DNA of 64,000 nucleotides, taken from NCBI GenBank assembly GCA_951406725.2, contig OX597821.1, forward strand, positions 31,496,001 through 31,560,000, read 5' to 3'. The position numbers were made by a program, and so were the translations under genes. The DNA comes from Octopus vulgaris (lineage: Eukaryota). Shown here in pieces: positions 28,208-43,009 of the stretch (position 1 is its first letter; each line of letters opens with the position of its first letter). Under the pieces are notes generated by a model, which saw nothing but the letters and a program-made list of their open reading frames with translations, was not told where the DNA came from and did not search any database.

Positions 28208-28381
28208 TATGAGACATTTTGCAAATTAATCACTAGTGTCTCCCAGATGCAAATATATTGAATTCCATCAACCAGTTAAATTCATCAGACTCTTTTCGTC
28301 TGTGTGTGTGTGTCTCATTCTCTTTCTCTTTACCTACCTGCCTCAGTATCGCTCTATTGCTCTCTCTTTCTCACTCTCTCC

Positions 28382-28393
28382 ATCTATCTATCA

Positions 28394-28478
<85 letters not shown>
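28382..28478. repeat. (ATCT)n microsatellite
   Basis: Direct read. Confidence 0.97.
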
Positions 28479-28479
<1 letters not shown>

Positions 28480-28657
28480 TCCTCGCCTGTGGAAATTTCT
28501 TCATATGTCATCTAAAATGCAGACATGTTTTCCGAGGTAATTATTTTTAAAGGAAATTCCGTTACATTATGTACATGCATCTCCATAAAAGTGTATGCAA
28601 ACACACAAATATGCATGCATACACACACACACGCATATTTACATATATGTGCATCTG

Positions 28658-28704
<47 letters not shown>

Positions 28705-28706
<2 letters not shown>

Positions 28707-28910
28707 CTGTAAAATAATATGTGACAATTATTCAATAGCCAAGATAAAACTCTGAGTTTCGGATGTGAATTTCCACTTCGGCATCCGAAACTCAGAGTTT
28801 TATCTTGGCTATTGAATAATAGTCCCATATTATTTTACAGATAAATTTGATCTATTTACATAATATTGAGGTATCTTTCTTTCTTGTGTTATCCTACCAT
28901 TTTTACCAAC
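28705..28910. mobile_element. Foldback module: ~61-bp near-perfect hairpin plus tail, inside (TA)n
   Basis: 28705-28765 pairs with 28782-28842 (16-nt loop); same family as 15441-15653. Confidence 0.88.
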
Positions 28911-28930
28911 ATATATATATTTTTTTTTTC

Positions 28931-29031
28931 TCCGTGACCGACAAGGTCATCAGATGTTGTTACACATCGCTGGTCACAATGCGCTTCGCATTGTTTTAGC
29001 CTTCAAATGACGCCACCCCTGCAAGCGAGCA

Positions 29032-29034
<3 letters not shown>
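28931..29034 (-). mobile_element. SINE tail-B-only copy
   Basis: Matches 46261-46382 and 48809-48927. Confidence 0.85.
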
Positions 29035-29084
<50 letters not shown>

Positions 29085-29275
29085 TACAAAATTAGAGAAT
29101 GGAGAAACATACTTAAATCAGTAAAACATCAACTATCGATGATACTCAATCCATACTTTAATACACCATTACATATGAGTAAAGGCAATATATAAAATGA
29201 AATGAGATATACAGTAATAGTAAAAAGATAAAGAGATATAAGTAAAAAATTTCAAATATAATATGCAAATAAATC

Positions 29276-29387
29276 AAAACTGACAGCTGTTTCGCAGTGA
29301 GGGCAGTCATACCTCATTTAACCTATAAGCCATAAAGGCAGTATAAATGAGGCATTAACAAGGATGCCCCACGCCTCTTCAGAAATT
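29276..29387 (-). ncRNA. Type I hammerhead ribozyme-like motif with extended stem II
   Basis: Reverse complement CTGAAGA-G-GCGTGGGGCA...TGCCCTCACTGC-GAAACAGCTGTC; palindromic stem III ACAGCTGT; GUC triplet; stem I weak. Confidence 0.65.
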
Positions 29388-29721
29388 AAATTAAATTTGT
29401 TATAATAGTGAAAAATATTATATAATCATATACATATAAATATAAAAATATAAAAATGTAAAATATAAAAACTTATACATCATAATCTACATTATATAAT
29501 ATAATACACATTTGTACAAAAAAGGAAGGTAAACAGAACAAATAAAACAAAATATATAAAGTGTATATATTAATATTAATAAGTACCGATAATATACATA
29601 TTTGGCTAATAGTTTTTTATAAAAAAAGCTAACACATATGGAGATGAAAAATAATAATTAAACCATGGTACAGTTCATAAATTCTAAAGCTATAAAGTTA
29701 ATAAAATTACCATTAATATTA

Positions 29722-29724
29722 ATG

Positions 29725-29795
<71 letters not shown>
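29722..29795. repeat. (AAT)n microsatellite
   Basis: Direct read. Confidence 0.97.
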
Positions 29796-29800
<5 letters not shown>

Positions 29801-30580
29801 TAATAAAAATAGATACAGTTAAGTAGCACCAAGTCCATCCTTTCAAGATCGAAATAAATATGAGTTAAGAAATGCTGACCACTAGGTAAGAAAATTTAGA
29901 TTAATTCGATTGGCTATTGGTTTGAAATTTAAATCACAAAGAAAATTATACGGTTGGTTAGTCAGGAACGCCAATATTCACACACGCATCTACAGATCAA
30001 TCACTAACACATAGTTATATGTATATACATACATATACAATACATAATCACAAGCAACAACTAGCACTTAGATAAACAAAAAGGAAGCAACTAGCTACCA
30101 TTTAGTCCTTCAAAATTATAACTGTGCCTCAATAACAAAAGAACCATCCATGCATTCCATAAAATATTTAATTTAGATATAAATATATTTTTAAATATCA
30201 GTATGTTATAAGTCAGATAATTATTTCATGGGTAACTTAAAATTTATAACACCGGTTTGTTGCAGAGTAAACATACGGTTGTTAGATTTATCGTAAGTTT
30301 GTTATGATTTTAAGTATAAATTATAAAATATAAAATATAAAATATATATAATTTAAATATTATAAATATATTGATGTTTTACTGATTTAAGTATGTTTCT
30401 CCATTCTCTAATTTGTAGTATTAATTTACGTAATATTATTACCTTACCATAATACATAGATGAACTGATTGTTTGACAATTTTTAACATGTATGTATTAA
30501 TTTTGTTGGGTACCTATCTAGCAGTATATTGGATATATATTATCCATGTGGGTTGAATCTTCAACCCTATCTCATTTATA

Positions 30581-30624
<44 letters not shown>

Positions 30625-30655
30625 ATTTAGGAATGGTCATTTTGCCAGTTTAAAC

Positions 30656-30697
<42 letters not shown>

Positions 30698-31667
30698 ATG
30701 CTTGTATGTGTGTGTGTATGTGTGTGTGTGTGTGTGTGTGCGTGTGTGTGTGTGTTTGCGTTTCTGCTATCACGCAAACTTGTGATAAGATCAACTTATA
30801 GTTCTCATCAGATACTGAAATACTTAACAGTAAAATACTGCTATACAGTACAGGAGAAACTGTCGAAAATAAAAATTTGTTGCAACTGCGTAGAGAGCAA
30901 AATAAGTGTGTAGGCAAGTTTAGATTATGAGGATACATAGATGTATCTAAATGCACCAATATTTTACTCATACAGTTTTATTCTTCGATAGCGTGTTTAT
31001 AGTTCTTCGAATACGATTCATAATTATTTATTCTCATAATTTTTCTCGTGTAAATTTAAAGGTTTTTATATTAGTCTAATTCGTATTACATAGTTCTGCT
31101 TGCTCTAATTTGTATATTATTTTTTATCAGAAAAATTGTTTATTCGGAAGTAATTTCTGTAGCATTGAAATACAGAAAAATGAACTTCCTGGGCAATGCT
31201 TCTCGCATACGTATCTACTTTTGAAAAACCAACTCGCATTATATTTTTAACATTTTATCTTCAAATCGCACCTTGAAATGTGTTTTTGGACAGTTTTATG
31301 GTATATTGTTTAATATTTACCACACATAAATGAAAAAGACGAATTTTAAACATGCTGATTATATACATTTAAAAGAAATGTGGTGCAGAGTATAAACTTC
31401 ATCCAGAAGTATATAAAACACTTACAATTCTTTAAACCAGATGCATAAAGTTTAAGTATCTAAGTTTACGTAAGTTTTATTATAATGTTTTATAGGGATA
31501 AAGTGACGTTTGGCATTCTATTGTTATGTGCAAATCAATTGGTATGATTGAAACATGGGTGGTGAATCTTTACACCTGTTGTTAAGGAATTTCTAGTGAA
31601 GATTTTTGTTTACGTGTAGATGAAGGTGTTTTGTTCTTCAATCATTTGATCACATATTTAACTTCAT

Positions 31668-31885
31668 GCTTACTCTTTACTCTTTTACTTGTTTCAGTCA
31701 TGTAACTGTGTTCATGCTGGATCACCGCCTTTAGTCGATCAAATCGACCCCAGGACTTATTCGTTGTAAGCCAAGTACTTATTTTATCGGTCGCTTTTTT
31801 GCCGAACCGCTAAGTTACGGGGACGTAAGCACACCAGCATCGGTTGTCAAGCGATGTTGGGAGGGCAAACACAAACACACAAACA

Positions 31886-31931
<46 letters not shown>

Positions 31932-32090
31932 TACGACGGGCTTCTTTCAGTTTCCTTCTACCAAATCCACTCACAAGGCTTTGGTTGCCCGAGATTATAG
32001 AAGAAGACGCTTACCCAAGGTGCCACGCAATGGGACTGAACCCGGAACCATGTGGTTCGCAGCCTATTAACAGCCACTCCTACGCCTATT
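31668..32090 (-). mobile_element. Family-3 tRNA-derived SINE (CORE-like) with internal (TA)n
   Basis: Reverse complement AGGCGTAGGAGTGGCTG...GGTTCCGGGTTCAGTCCC (B box)...GTGGCACCTTGGGTAAG; 3' repeats (AAAGAGT)n. Confidence 0.8.
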
Positions 32091-32945
32091 AAAAAAGTTT
32101 ACTACATGCTCGATATTATTTCGTCGTGATCATATTCTATATTAGCTATCATCTTATGCAAGAGCATTACATTTATGAAATTTATATAGTTCTGCTTGGT
32201 ATATTGTGCGACGATGAAAAATACAAATTTGCAGTATCTCAGGATATTATCAGATATTTTATTTCATACATATTTTGATCACCTAAATCAACTATTAGAT
32301 ATGTTTTCCTTTCGTAAAACTTGCATTCTTATCAATGTTTTTCTTTTTATTTCTTAATATAACTACAATAAAATTAACGAAACTTTTTAAGAATATCATG
32401 ATTGGTAAAATGATCAAAAAATATCATTTTCAAATAATGACAAAAATCTTAAAACATGGACTCGGTTTTTGCCTGCAAGTTAAAATCTCATAAATCAATA
32501 ACTACATTATTTTGACACGTTTTAAATCATACATTATCTTTATTTTTAATTCGTATTCATTTAAATTGGGTTTTTTTACATTTTTTTCATTCATTGCTTT
32601 TTTATTTGGGTGTTTTACTAAGCATTATTGATCGCACCATATGAATGATAAAAACAACAATTCACGCGAAATCAATATTCCACACACCGAGACAGCCATC
32701 AGATCGGTAAAGCAGTCGCCCAGATAAAATGGTGACAAAATAGCATTTTAGAAGCTTTGAAGGTTTTATTAGAGCGTTTTAACTCTGACTCGATATAAAT
32801 GCGCCTCTTTTCTAACAGAATTGATTACTGAAACATGTTGAACCATACATCATCAGATAACTTCTTGATTTATTACCAGAATCATAATCATTCTGATATT
32901 CCTCGTTGTTAGTGAGATTACCACGAACACACCTCCCCCACCACA

Positions 32946-33135
<190 letters not shown>

Positions 33136-33144
33136 TTATTAATA

Positions 33145-33250
33145 TTCCTTTCTACTCTCTAGAAACAAGGCGCGAATTTTTGGGAAGGGGGGCAGTCGAT
33201 TAGATCGACCCCAGTACTTATACTTAATTTATCGACCCCGCAAATTGACC
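33145..33250 (-). mobile_element. Family-2 SINE 3' fragment
   Basis: cagtcgattagatcgaccccagt...ttaatttatcgacccc; tail as in 57080-57293. Confidence 0.8.
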
Positions 33251-33322
33251 TACTACTACTACTACTACTACTACTACTATTATTATTATTTTTTATTATT
33301 ATTATTATTATTATTATAATTA

Positions 33323-33886
33323 TTGAGTGAGTGACAGAGCAGCACATGCCATCAAAATGCCACTGGGGTACAAATATATGCAGCCCAATATGCAAATCAT
33401 GACCACCTGTCTGATAAGCGTACAACAGGCACATGCATCACAAGCATGTGCGCGACATTGTGATCTCATATCAAGATAAACAGCGCATGACCTTGCAGGT
33501 GGGGCTCAGTTAGAATTTTCGTTAGGTGGAATAGTTCGTTCCGCTCAAAGATCCCTGAATAGGAGTTGTTTAAGGATGATTAATGAAACACCCATGTTTC
33601 CAGTGTTAAATCATTCAAACTCCACGGAATTTCTTTCAAAACATGGCTATGATATTCCCCCACTGCTTCTGTCCGTAATCAGGGATACACATATAGCCAA
33701 CCAACAAGGGACATGGTCAACTCGTTAAGGTTAAACGACTGAGTCACAAATCTTTCGGTATTGAGCAGAATGATTGTTGTAGACCATCTTTTATACCAAA
33801 ACAAAGCATGTACATGAAAGCACTTCCAATCAGTTAAGATCAGAAGCCATGTATAGCCACTGCCCGGTACTCTAACAAGGCATTCA
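33323..33886. mobile_element. Dispersed element adjacent to (TTA)n, copy 1 (possible LINE 3' end on minus strand)
   Basis: Colinear homology with 33927-34375; both start right after a (TTA)n tract. Confidence 0.7.
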
Positions 33887-33926
33887 TTATTGTTGTTGTT
33901 GTTGTTGTTGTTGTTATTATTATTAT

Positions 33927-34375
33927 TGACTGAGTGAGAGAGGGGTACGTGTCATCAAAGTGACGCTGGAGTAAAATATACGAAGCCCAGTATACCCATC
34001 ATTACTACCCGTCTGATAAGGGCGCAGCAGGCACAGGCATCATAAACATAGGTTTATCAAATCAAGATACACACCGCATGACCTTGCAGGTGGGGTCCAG
34101 TTCGAATTTTCTTTAAGTACGGTAGCCCATATCTCTGAAAAGGTCTCTTAATAAGTGTTGTTTAAGGATGTTGAACGAAGCACCCATGTTTCCGAAGGTG
34201 AATTATTATCCAAACCCCAAAGAATTATTTTCAACGCATGGCTCTGATGCTAGTCCTCTACTTCTGGTCGTGATCAGAGATGCATATATCATCAGCCACA
34301 AAGGGACAAGCTTAGCTGGTTAACGTCAAACAACTGACAATGAAATCTGTGGTAGTAAGCAGAATATTTGCTGAA
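33927..34375. mobile_element. Dispersed element adjacent to (TTG)n(TTA)n, copy 2
   Basis: Shared cgcatgaccttgcaggtgggg, gttgtttaaggatg, cacccatgtttcc and other blocks. Confidence 0.7.
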
Positions 34376-35927
34376 TAGCACATGATAAGTCACCTGGAAT
34401 ACACTTTAGCCACCAAGAATGTTCTGCACAGTTTTAGTTAGGTGTTTGATTATTATGTTCGCTGTATGATACGGTACCTATATTTTACTATGTTGTTAAT
34501 GAACGTGCAAATTCTACATCTAGTTTGAAACATTCAAGATAGATGGAAGTTTATAGAGATGAATGAAATACATAATTGCAATTTGCATTGTATTTCTTCG
34601 AAATTGGTGAATTTAAATTGCGTTCATATACGCATAATCTTCGAAGTACAGTTTTAAAAAGCAATATCTTTAAAATCTATTCAGCTTTGTTACAGAACTG
34701 TCATTTTCATCATGTGAGTTGCTACATACTTCTTGTTTACAGTTTGCAACAATTACTGAGCAATATTAAACAGGCAATATTAATGAAATCGAAGACATAA
34801 TCTGTCTGTGATATAACCCTAACACTTAAATTATGTTGGCAAAAACCTCGAAATATTAATACGATATTACGTCCTATTTTCATTCCTAAACAGGAACAAG
34901 CTTTGGTTAACATTCCCTTTGTAAATTTGCTGATATTATTTGGGCCCCCATGTAAGTAACCTGAGAAAGAGTTTTCTACTCTAGCTTCGTGCTGTTTAAT
35001 GCTTTGAGTGAAATTTGCTCAACATTATTAATATTATCACCAATCGTTTGTATATACATACATATACATTTACTTTAGTGTTCCGCAGATAGTATGATCA
35101 TCAAAACCGCTTCCAGTTTATTGGGTAAGCTACTACTATGCTTAATACTATAACAAATTATAACATAGAATATAAATGTAGGAGATTTACATCTTTGCAT
35201 CATAACGACATGTCTTGCCGGGTAATGAGCTGTGGCTAATCATTCGATTACACTATAAGATCTAATGGAAGCTTTAAACAAGCAAAATGTTGAAACGTAC
35301 ATAGAAGCAAGTGGTACCATCTTCATATTATCATTACCACCCTAACTCTTCTTCTCACTATATGTGTGTGTGCGCAGCGGCCGGGCGTTCGTGTATGTGT
35401 GCGTGGGCGTGTACGTGTGTGTGGGCGCGGGGGTGTGTGTGAATATGAAATAATGAGAATGAGTGCTTAACTTCGCCTTGTTGAATAAAAGTTCTTTATT
35501 TGTGTATAAAGGCTACTATTCGTGTCCTGGTTAGAGGATGCCTCGACAAGTATCAAATCTACCATATGGAACATCGGTATTCGTGTTCATTTTTGATTAG
35601 AACTCGAAAATTTTACATAAGAATTTTATATGTATGCTGCATAAAGCCTGTTCACAGGATTCGGCTAACCGCGATCAACAACAGTATAGAGCTATATCCC
35701 ACTGAATTTACTTCAGGGAATCCTTTGTGACCCTACATTTTAGAAAAAGTCGTGAAAAAGAAAACGGAATTCAGAAGACCTTTCATGCACTGGTACCTTG
35801 CAGGTGAGACGCTGTTTTAAGGGATCGTATGTGCAGATGAAAAGTGAAATTAAAAATTATGTACGTTTCGAAATTAAACCCGAAGTTACTGGTGCATGAT
35901 ACGTCGAAACAGGCGTTATGATCTAGA

Positions 35928-35972
<45 letters not shown>

Positions 35973-37336
35973 GTATAGGTAAGTGCTTTCAAAATAAGTG
36001 AATTGTTCAAGCTATCTGCAGAAGCAATACATTGTGAATCTGTTCAACATTTCAGCTCTAAACCCCTAAAACCTGTATTACCCTCTCTCGGTTATGACTA
36101 ACGTAGCACCATATGGGAGATAATACTTCCCAAAAGCCAGCCCACTTCAACTACACAGGCATAGTAACTGTTTCTTGCATGTTCGTAATGATTAACCATA
36201 TGTCTGATAACGACAGTTAGACTTCTCTATTTTTGTAAAAGAGGATTATATTACAATACGACACGTGTATGGAAGATGCACAAACACCAGTCGTTCGTAG
36301 TTTCCTAGCAGGCTACAGATATGGAGTTGTCCCCGTATCATTTCAGTCACTGAGAATTTAGATGTCAGAGAAATAGTCACGTACTTTTGTAAACATTACT
36401 GATCAATCGTGGCAATGAAACTGGTACTCTGTTCAGCGAAATAATTCATTTAAGATTATTACAGTGTTGCAGTTAATATCTTAACACTATACTTGATCAA
36501 TATAAATAAATGTCTAATTAATGATATACTGTTACATTACTGAATTATGTTTGTGTGTGTAAAATAATTGAAGATTATCAAGTAGGTTGATGTTCAAAAT
36601 TGCAAGTAATTCAATCATGTAACTTGAAGAAGCAAACTCAAAAAAATCACATTTTAAAGTCGATATATAATGAAACAAAATATAGGTCGACTGCACTTTA
36701 CAAAGAAATAATTTCGTATTAAAATATAAGCAAATTAAATACATTGTTAGTGCACTTCAATAACACGTCAAGAAATTCAAAGTTTTCATAGAAATTGTAT
36801 TGTAAATAGTAACTAATTATAAGTATACTAGGTGCGTTATGATAATATCGCAATTTCAAATTAATGATATAGTTGATCATTAACAGCTTCTAGTTTAGAA
36901 CATTTGCATGTGGTAAAAATAATAAAATATGTCAAATGGTTTTACTTTTACCAAAGTAAATCTGATATAATGTTTTGTGTGTGTAGTTAGTATAGTTCAC
37001 ATTAGTTCTCGCACCTTGTGGGATGAAGGATGCTACCAACACTAAAAAATTAGGCATATATTCATGTTCTATCTCTAGTAAACATCTCCAAGTTCGTATA
37101 TACATGCATGTGTGTGCGTGGGTGTGGGCGTCTGTGTCTCTGCGTGTCTGTGTGTGTATGTGTCTATTATACGATCAGGTTGGTTCATGTTCTCTCAATG
37201 AATATTCTAATAGTGTGTAGTAACGATAATGTCGCTGATAAATGGCATGCATAGACCAACAGCGAGTGGTGCCCAGTGATAATAAAGGGAATTATTTGTA
37301 AGAAGGAACCATAAATACAGCCTTAGTAGTTTGTAA

Positions 37337-37408
<72 letters not shown>

Positions 37409-37455
37409 TTATGAAATAATGGAGTTGAACGACTTGTTAACAAATTTTTGTTTAT

Positions 37456-37536
37456 TTTCGACATATGTTTCGAAGGCTGCATATTCCTAATTCCGAAGGA
37501 ATAAGAAGTACATTATGCAGATTTCTCATCAGGAAA
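37456..37536 (-). ncRNA. Type I hammerhead ribozyme with canonical core
   Basis: Reverse complement TTTC-CTGATGA-GAAATCTGCAT...ATGCAGCCTTC-GAAACATATGTC-GAAA: stem I TTTC/GAAA, palindromic stem III ACATATGT, GUC site; module 37410-37580 lies between (TA)n tracts. Confidence 0.75.
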
Positions 37537-37573
37537 GGCAAGGACCTTCTGTCGACATCAAAATGCACAAAAA

Positions 37574-37700
<127 letters not shown>

Positions 37701-38976
37701 AGTGCATTTTACGAAGGCCGATAGATGTAGTGTCTTTTTATCTCATGAGTTATTTCATTATTGATCTCTTTCAGTGTGCTTTCATTACTTTCTCCTAAAT
37801 CAGAAGTTAAAGTAAAATCTGTGTGATAATATAACATAATTGTTTTATGATATTATATGGTAGATTTAGAAGTCTTACTGTATAGTCCATGCTACTTGCA
37901 AGGACCTTTCTGTTTTGCTTGATATATTTTTTAACATATTTTTGAACCAAAATATGTTCATGTATATAATGGTTTGAAAGAAAATTCATATCATCTTCAG
38001 ATTATTTCTGAGTGCCTCTCTTTACGCAAGTGTGTGTGTGTGTGTATGCACGTGCAAGAGTGTGAAGGCGTTTGTACATTTTTTAGATATATTCATATAG
38101 ACATACTTATATGCGTATATGTACAAATTCATACATATTCACACATGCACGCATATCATGCATTTAAATAGATATAGATATATGTTCGAATGTACATATA
38201 CATATATTCATTGAAACGTACATATACGTGTTATTGCGCTAAAAGGATGATGGTGTCAGAGCGACCACTGTCTACCACTTCCTAATTGTATATCTGGATT
38301 TCTCACAAATATCTCCGGAGGTCGGTAAATAAACGTTGTTGTAAAATAAGAATTTTTCTCCTCCAAGAAATAATATTCCCCTGCATAACCAGAAGCCTCA
38401 TAACTTCCTACTGTGATTCCTCGAATCACTTCTGGAAAATAGATAACATTTCCAGTGCACATCACCCAGATGTTATAAGACCGGATGATATCACTGTTTT
38501 CTCACCCAACAATGAGGGTAGACTGCCTGGAGAAAACAATGCTCAAATAATAGAGCGTGAAAGACGACCGAGAGAGTAAATAACCTAAGTATCAGATCTT
38601 CGAGGAAGATGAATACAAGAATGGGGGAAGAACGAACGAGGAAGTGGATAGTTTAGAGCTTGTAAGTCAAACAGAAGATGAGGGCGATGACACACTTACA
38701 TTTTAGCAGGTCGCAAAAAGGGGATACATGCTGTAGGTAAAGCTACTAAACGTCAGAGGTTTAAAAAATAAATCGTCCACAAGGTCAGAAGACTACCGAT
38801 TAACATGGCCTAAGTACTGGTCAATGCAGTGGTCCTGAATGAGAGTGTAAGTCGTAAAATTAGAGGGAAACAATGGCTCCTGATTACAATAGTGAAAAAT
38901 GTTCAAATATTGGATGTGTAACTTTATGATAAAATGCTCTACTCATATGCATATATATATATATATATACATACAA

Positions 38977-39016
<40 letters not shown>

Positions 39017-39234
39017 ATGTGGTGGGGTTTGACACTTAGCCATACAGACTCATAGATGTATCGTAAATGCGCTCGCACATGCAAGAAAGCATATGCCCTG
39101 CCGCAGATGTATTCACACACACGTACACAGACAGACACTCACATACGCACACACACACACATACATACACACAAACACTTACACACACACGCAGTCCTTT
39201 CTCTACCACCCCGCCAACGCTTAGACGGAAGCAA

Positions 39235-39410
39235 ATTCATGTCCAACCGTGCTGTCCGAGAAAATCCCGCTTCTAAGGGAAGTGCTACCACTGACTCGTC
39301 GATCTTAACTGAACAACATCATGCAACTCACCTTGACCAATAGCATTCCATTTTCCAGCAAATATCTTGGATATCCCGTGTCACACCATGTAATAAACCG
39401 AGCATCAATG
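39235..39410 (-). mobile_element. Possible RTE 3' fragment
   Basis: Weak similarity to W.W.GHVAR...GRP..RW on the minus strand. Confidence 0.35.
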
Positions 39411-40569
39411 AGCTAGGTTTCTGTAAGAAACACACTGTTATAAATAATCAATTTCTGTTTCCACAAGGTTTCAGTCGTCACGTGACTCTAACATAAAATA
39501 GTTGAACAAAATGTAAACAGTGGGACTGATCTTGGTATGATGTGCTCAGGAAGAAAACAAATATATATATATTTATGTGATTGTTCGTGTGTATGTATAC
39601 GTATGTACGTATATATAAGTATATACATATATAGATATGAATGTGTATCTATACATATAATCTGTTGCGTGAATACAAGTTTCGGTGATTACCCCAATAT
39701 GCAAATATTTGCAGAAATATAATTGTTGTAATTTGATTTTCATGTTATTTTATACAATGTTTTAATATTTATGTGAATATTTTCATGGAAATTTACGAAT
39801 ATTCTGTAGAAATATTAACTAAAAGTAATTTCAGGTACTATCTCTAATTTGTGTGGCCAATGCTTCCACCTGTATGATACAACTCTAACGGTATTTTTCT
39901 AAATATTTTAATTAAGCAATTTTGAAAATATTTCAAAAAAATGTTTGATATAATTATGCAATATCTACAGATGCTTGTGTGCAAAGCTTCTTTTTATTTA
40001 TTATTAAAAATTATTGCCGGAAAACATAATATGAAAGGTTCGAATAAAATAACTTTAATATGTTGACTATTTATTTCCAAACTGTTATTTCGAATATTTT
40101 GATATAGTTATCCGAAATATAATTAGAATCACATTTACTTCTTTCATTTATCGTATACGTTTTCTGTTTTCTTTTGTTAGTTTTTAGTTTTTCCCTATTA
40201 CACTTCTCTGCACGAAGAATTATTAATTGGAAAATCTTATGCTCGTTTTTGCGCATGTAGATGAAATAACACCATTTATACACGTTCAAATGTACACCAA
40301 TTAAAAAAAATTTAAATTCAGTACTGGAAATCGATGAGCGTTGCAACATCAGGATTGGGATATATTGAAGAATTATTTGGACAAATACATTTCCAGTGTT
40401 ATTCAACACATGTTTAGCTATGTTTCAGGAGTCATGCTATTATGCTCGATTCTTGGACTTGTATAGGTCTTATCTGCGTTAAATGGAGAATCAATGACGA
40501 TGGAAAATTCTGTAAACAATAATAATTATGAGATTAAATATTATTACAATTTATTATTTTCATTTACTT

Positions 40570-40735
40570 TTTTTTCTCTCTTTGTTTCTCTCCTTGTTTC
40601 TGTGTCCCTTTCTCTAGAAGAGCGTAGGCTCGACACGTAAATGACATTTTCTATTCCTGAGAGTTATACTAATACATCTGTTTGTTTTGTACAACACCTG
40701 TCTTAGTCTTCTGTTGTTTTTTCGTAAACTCTCCC
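40570..40735 (+). mobile_element. PLE 3'-end fragment with decayed HHR-like motif
   Basis: gaagagcgtaggctcgacacgtaaa...ctaatacatctgtttg matches 10370-10510. Confidence 0.75.
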
Positions 40736-40769
40736 TATATATATATATACATACACGCACACACACACA

Positions 40770-40847
<78 letters not shown>

Positions 40848-40899
40848 TATACAAACAACTAATCATATCTATAGTTGAAAAAGTTGGGAATCAACAAGT

Positions 40900-41335
40900 A
40901 GGGGTACGGTTGGACATTTATTTTCAATCACTAGAATTGTTTGTACGCAACGTACCTTTTCGCGCATGTAGGTAATTGATTGTGCAACAATTTCTTCACA
41001 TTATGAGAACTAGTTGCGTTACTTCAGATGGTGAGTAAATATCGTCTGCGTAAGTTCAAATTATCGGCTCTAAGCGCATCTCTCCTGTCTGTTGTGGCTT
41101 GCAGTTAGAAGTAGCCATTGAAATTATCAAAGGCGTGTTATTGCTGGAGGTCCGTTGCCAAACTACTTTGAATATGTCGATGTAGTGGGATGGTGCTCTG
41201 CTACTGTTGAAGTGGTTGCCATTTTAAAGGGATTGCTATTTGATTTCTTTGTACTGTTTTTCATCGTTGGATACATATTCGATTGTCCATAGCTGTTCTT
41301 TAAGAATCGACCCATACATGGTCGTTCGCATATAG
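40900..41335 (-). mobile_element. Decayed Tc1/mariner transposase C-terminal remnant
   Basis: Minus-strand RAPSHY...WQRTSSNNTPL resembles QQDGAPPH...WPPRSPDLTPLD. Confidence 0.45.
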
Positions 41336-41427
41336 TTTTAAATACATGTTAACGCACGGACATATACACACACATACGAGCGCACGCACACACATAAACA
41401 CACGTACACATACACGCACACACACAT

Positions 41428-41478
<51 letters not shown>

Positions 41479-43009
41479 CACATATATGGATATGTACGCG
41501 TATTTACATACATACGCTGATGCACGCGTGTATGCGTGTATCTATATATATGTATGTGTGTGTGAATGTGCATTTATATATACATGCATATATATATACA
41601 TATGTGTGTGTGTGTATGTATACATGTATATATATATAACTCCAAGAAAGTTAGGCGTTGTGAATCCAACCAACCAAGGGATAATATCTATCAAATATAG
41701 TGTTGGTAGAATATCCATTTATTAATACACAAGTGTTTTTATTGCATTGAAATTACATTACCTAGTTTATTATATGGGTGAATGTAAAGATACATTTTAC
41801 CATTGATTTATATTGCAAATAAGAAAATGGAGGAGAACAATAGTTGATTCAGTAATTATTTTTAAAAAAAACATGAATATACATTACCAAATTTTCGTTA
41901 CTTGACACAATGCAAAATACTTCCCCAAGGCTCAAGTGGGATGCGGTGGATTATATATTATATGGGTGTGCAATTTATTCATTATTGATCTTTCTATTTG
42001 ATATTTTATTTTTGCTTCTTTTAATCTCTATATTAGGTCCGCTTGTGAAGTTGCGTGTCACCAGCTAATCTTTCGGAATGCGGAGATATTGTTGCGGTAA
42101 CGGACAAATACCAACCAATAATGAATACTTGAAAGAACTATCAGCCAACAAAATATCCTTCATAAGTAGAATGAGATAGAAATCGTTCTTGTGCGAGAAG
42201 AAAAAGATCACACAGGAGTACCAGAAGGAAGAATATGCACTCAAGAATGAATTGAAATCCATGAGAAACCCATTAACAAATCAAACTTACACAATTCGGA
42301 GAAGATCTATGCAAGTAAGAGAACGCAGAGTAAGGGACCTAAATTTTTTTATATACGTATAGCATATAAATCGATATCATAACTCAATTTATAATGTTAT
42401 CCCGGACTTAAAAATTTTGTCAGAAATAGAAATTGTATATTTTTTATAAGTTAGACTTTTATTTATGTTGATCATAGGTGATGCTGGTAAATTACATTTT
42501 TGTTATTGCAGCAGACATTTTGGTTTATATATCTATCTCTTTTATATATCTACCTACATATAATTTATATATCTATCTGCATCAATTAAAAATATGCGTA
42601 ACTTTCAGAACATTCGCTCTGTTATTGCATACATGATTCACAGTTACTATATAGGAAAAGATATTATGAAGTTGATATATTACATTAATTTTATGTATCT
42701 GGACACGGAAAATTACTATTGGTAAATAGAATGTTATAGAAAGTGGAATGATCTGAATCAGTGAGTTGTGAAATGAAAAATCTGGCTGAATTTATCTGAT
42801 AGCAGTACTTGTTGGGGTTAGGGTTATGTATAGCATAATTTTGTTGCAATTATATAAATATAAATAATATTAGTAACATAAAACTTGTTTGCTCTAGCAA
42901 AATGATTATACGTTGTTAAAAGTAAAAATAAATTTTGGGGTATCTTCATATTTCGAATTAACGCATCTTTCAGTTGCATTAAATGACAGTTATTGTTTCG
43001 AATTACGTA

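Larger units (their letters stand above)
29082..30588. mobile_element. AT-rich PLE-like insertion with ~50-bp inverted repeat and HHR, between (TA)n tracts
   Basis: 29082-29132 is the reverse complement of 30371-30420; HHR at 29276-29387. Confidence 0.6.

Noticed and set aside
38256-38700. Possible exon or piggyBac N-terminal acidic region
   Set aside because: No diagnostic motif and the frame is interrupted; cannot be supported
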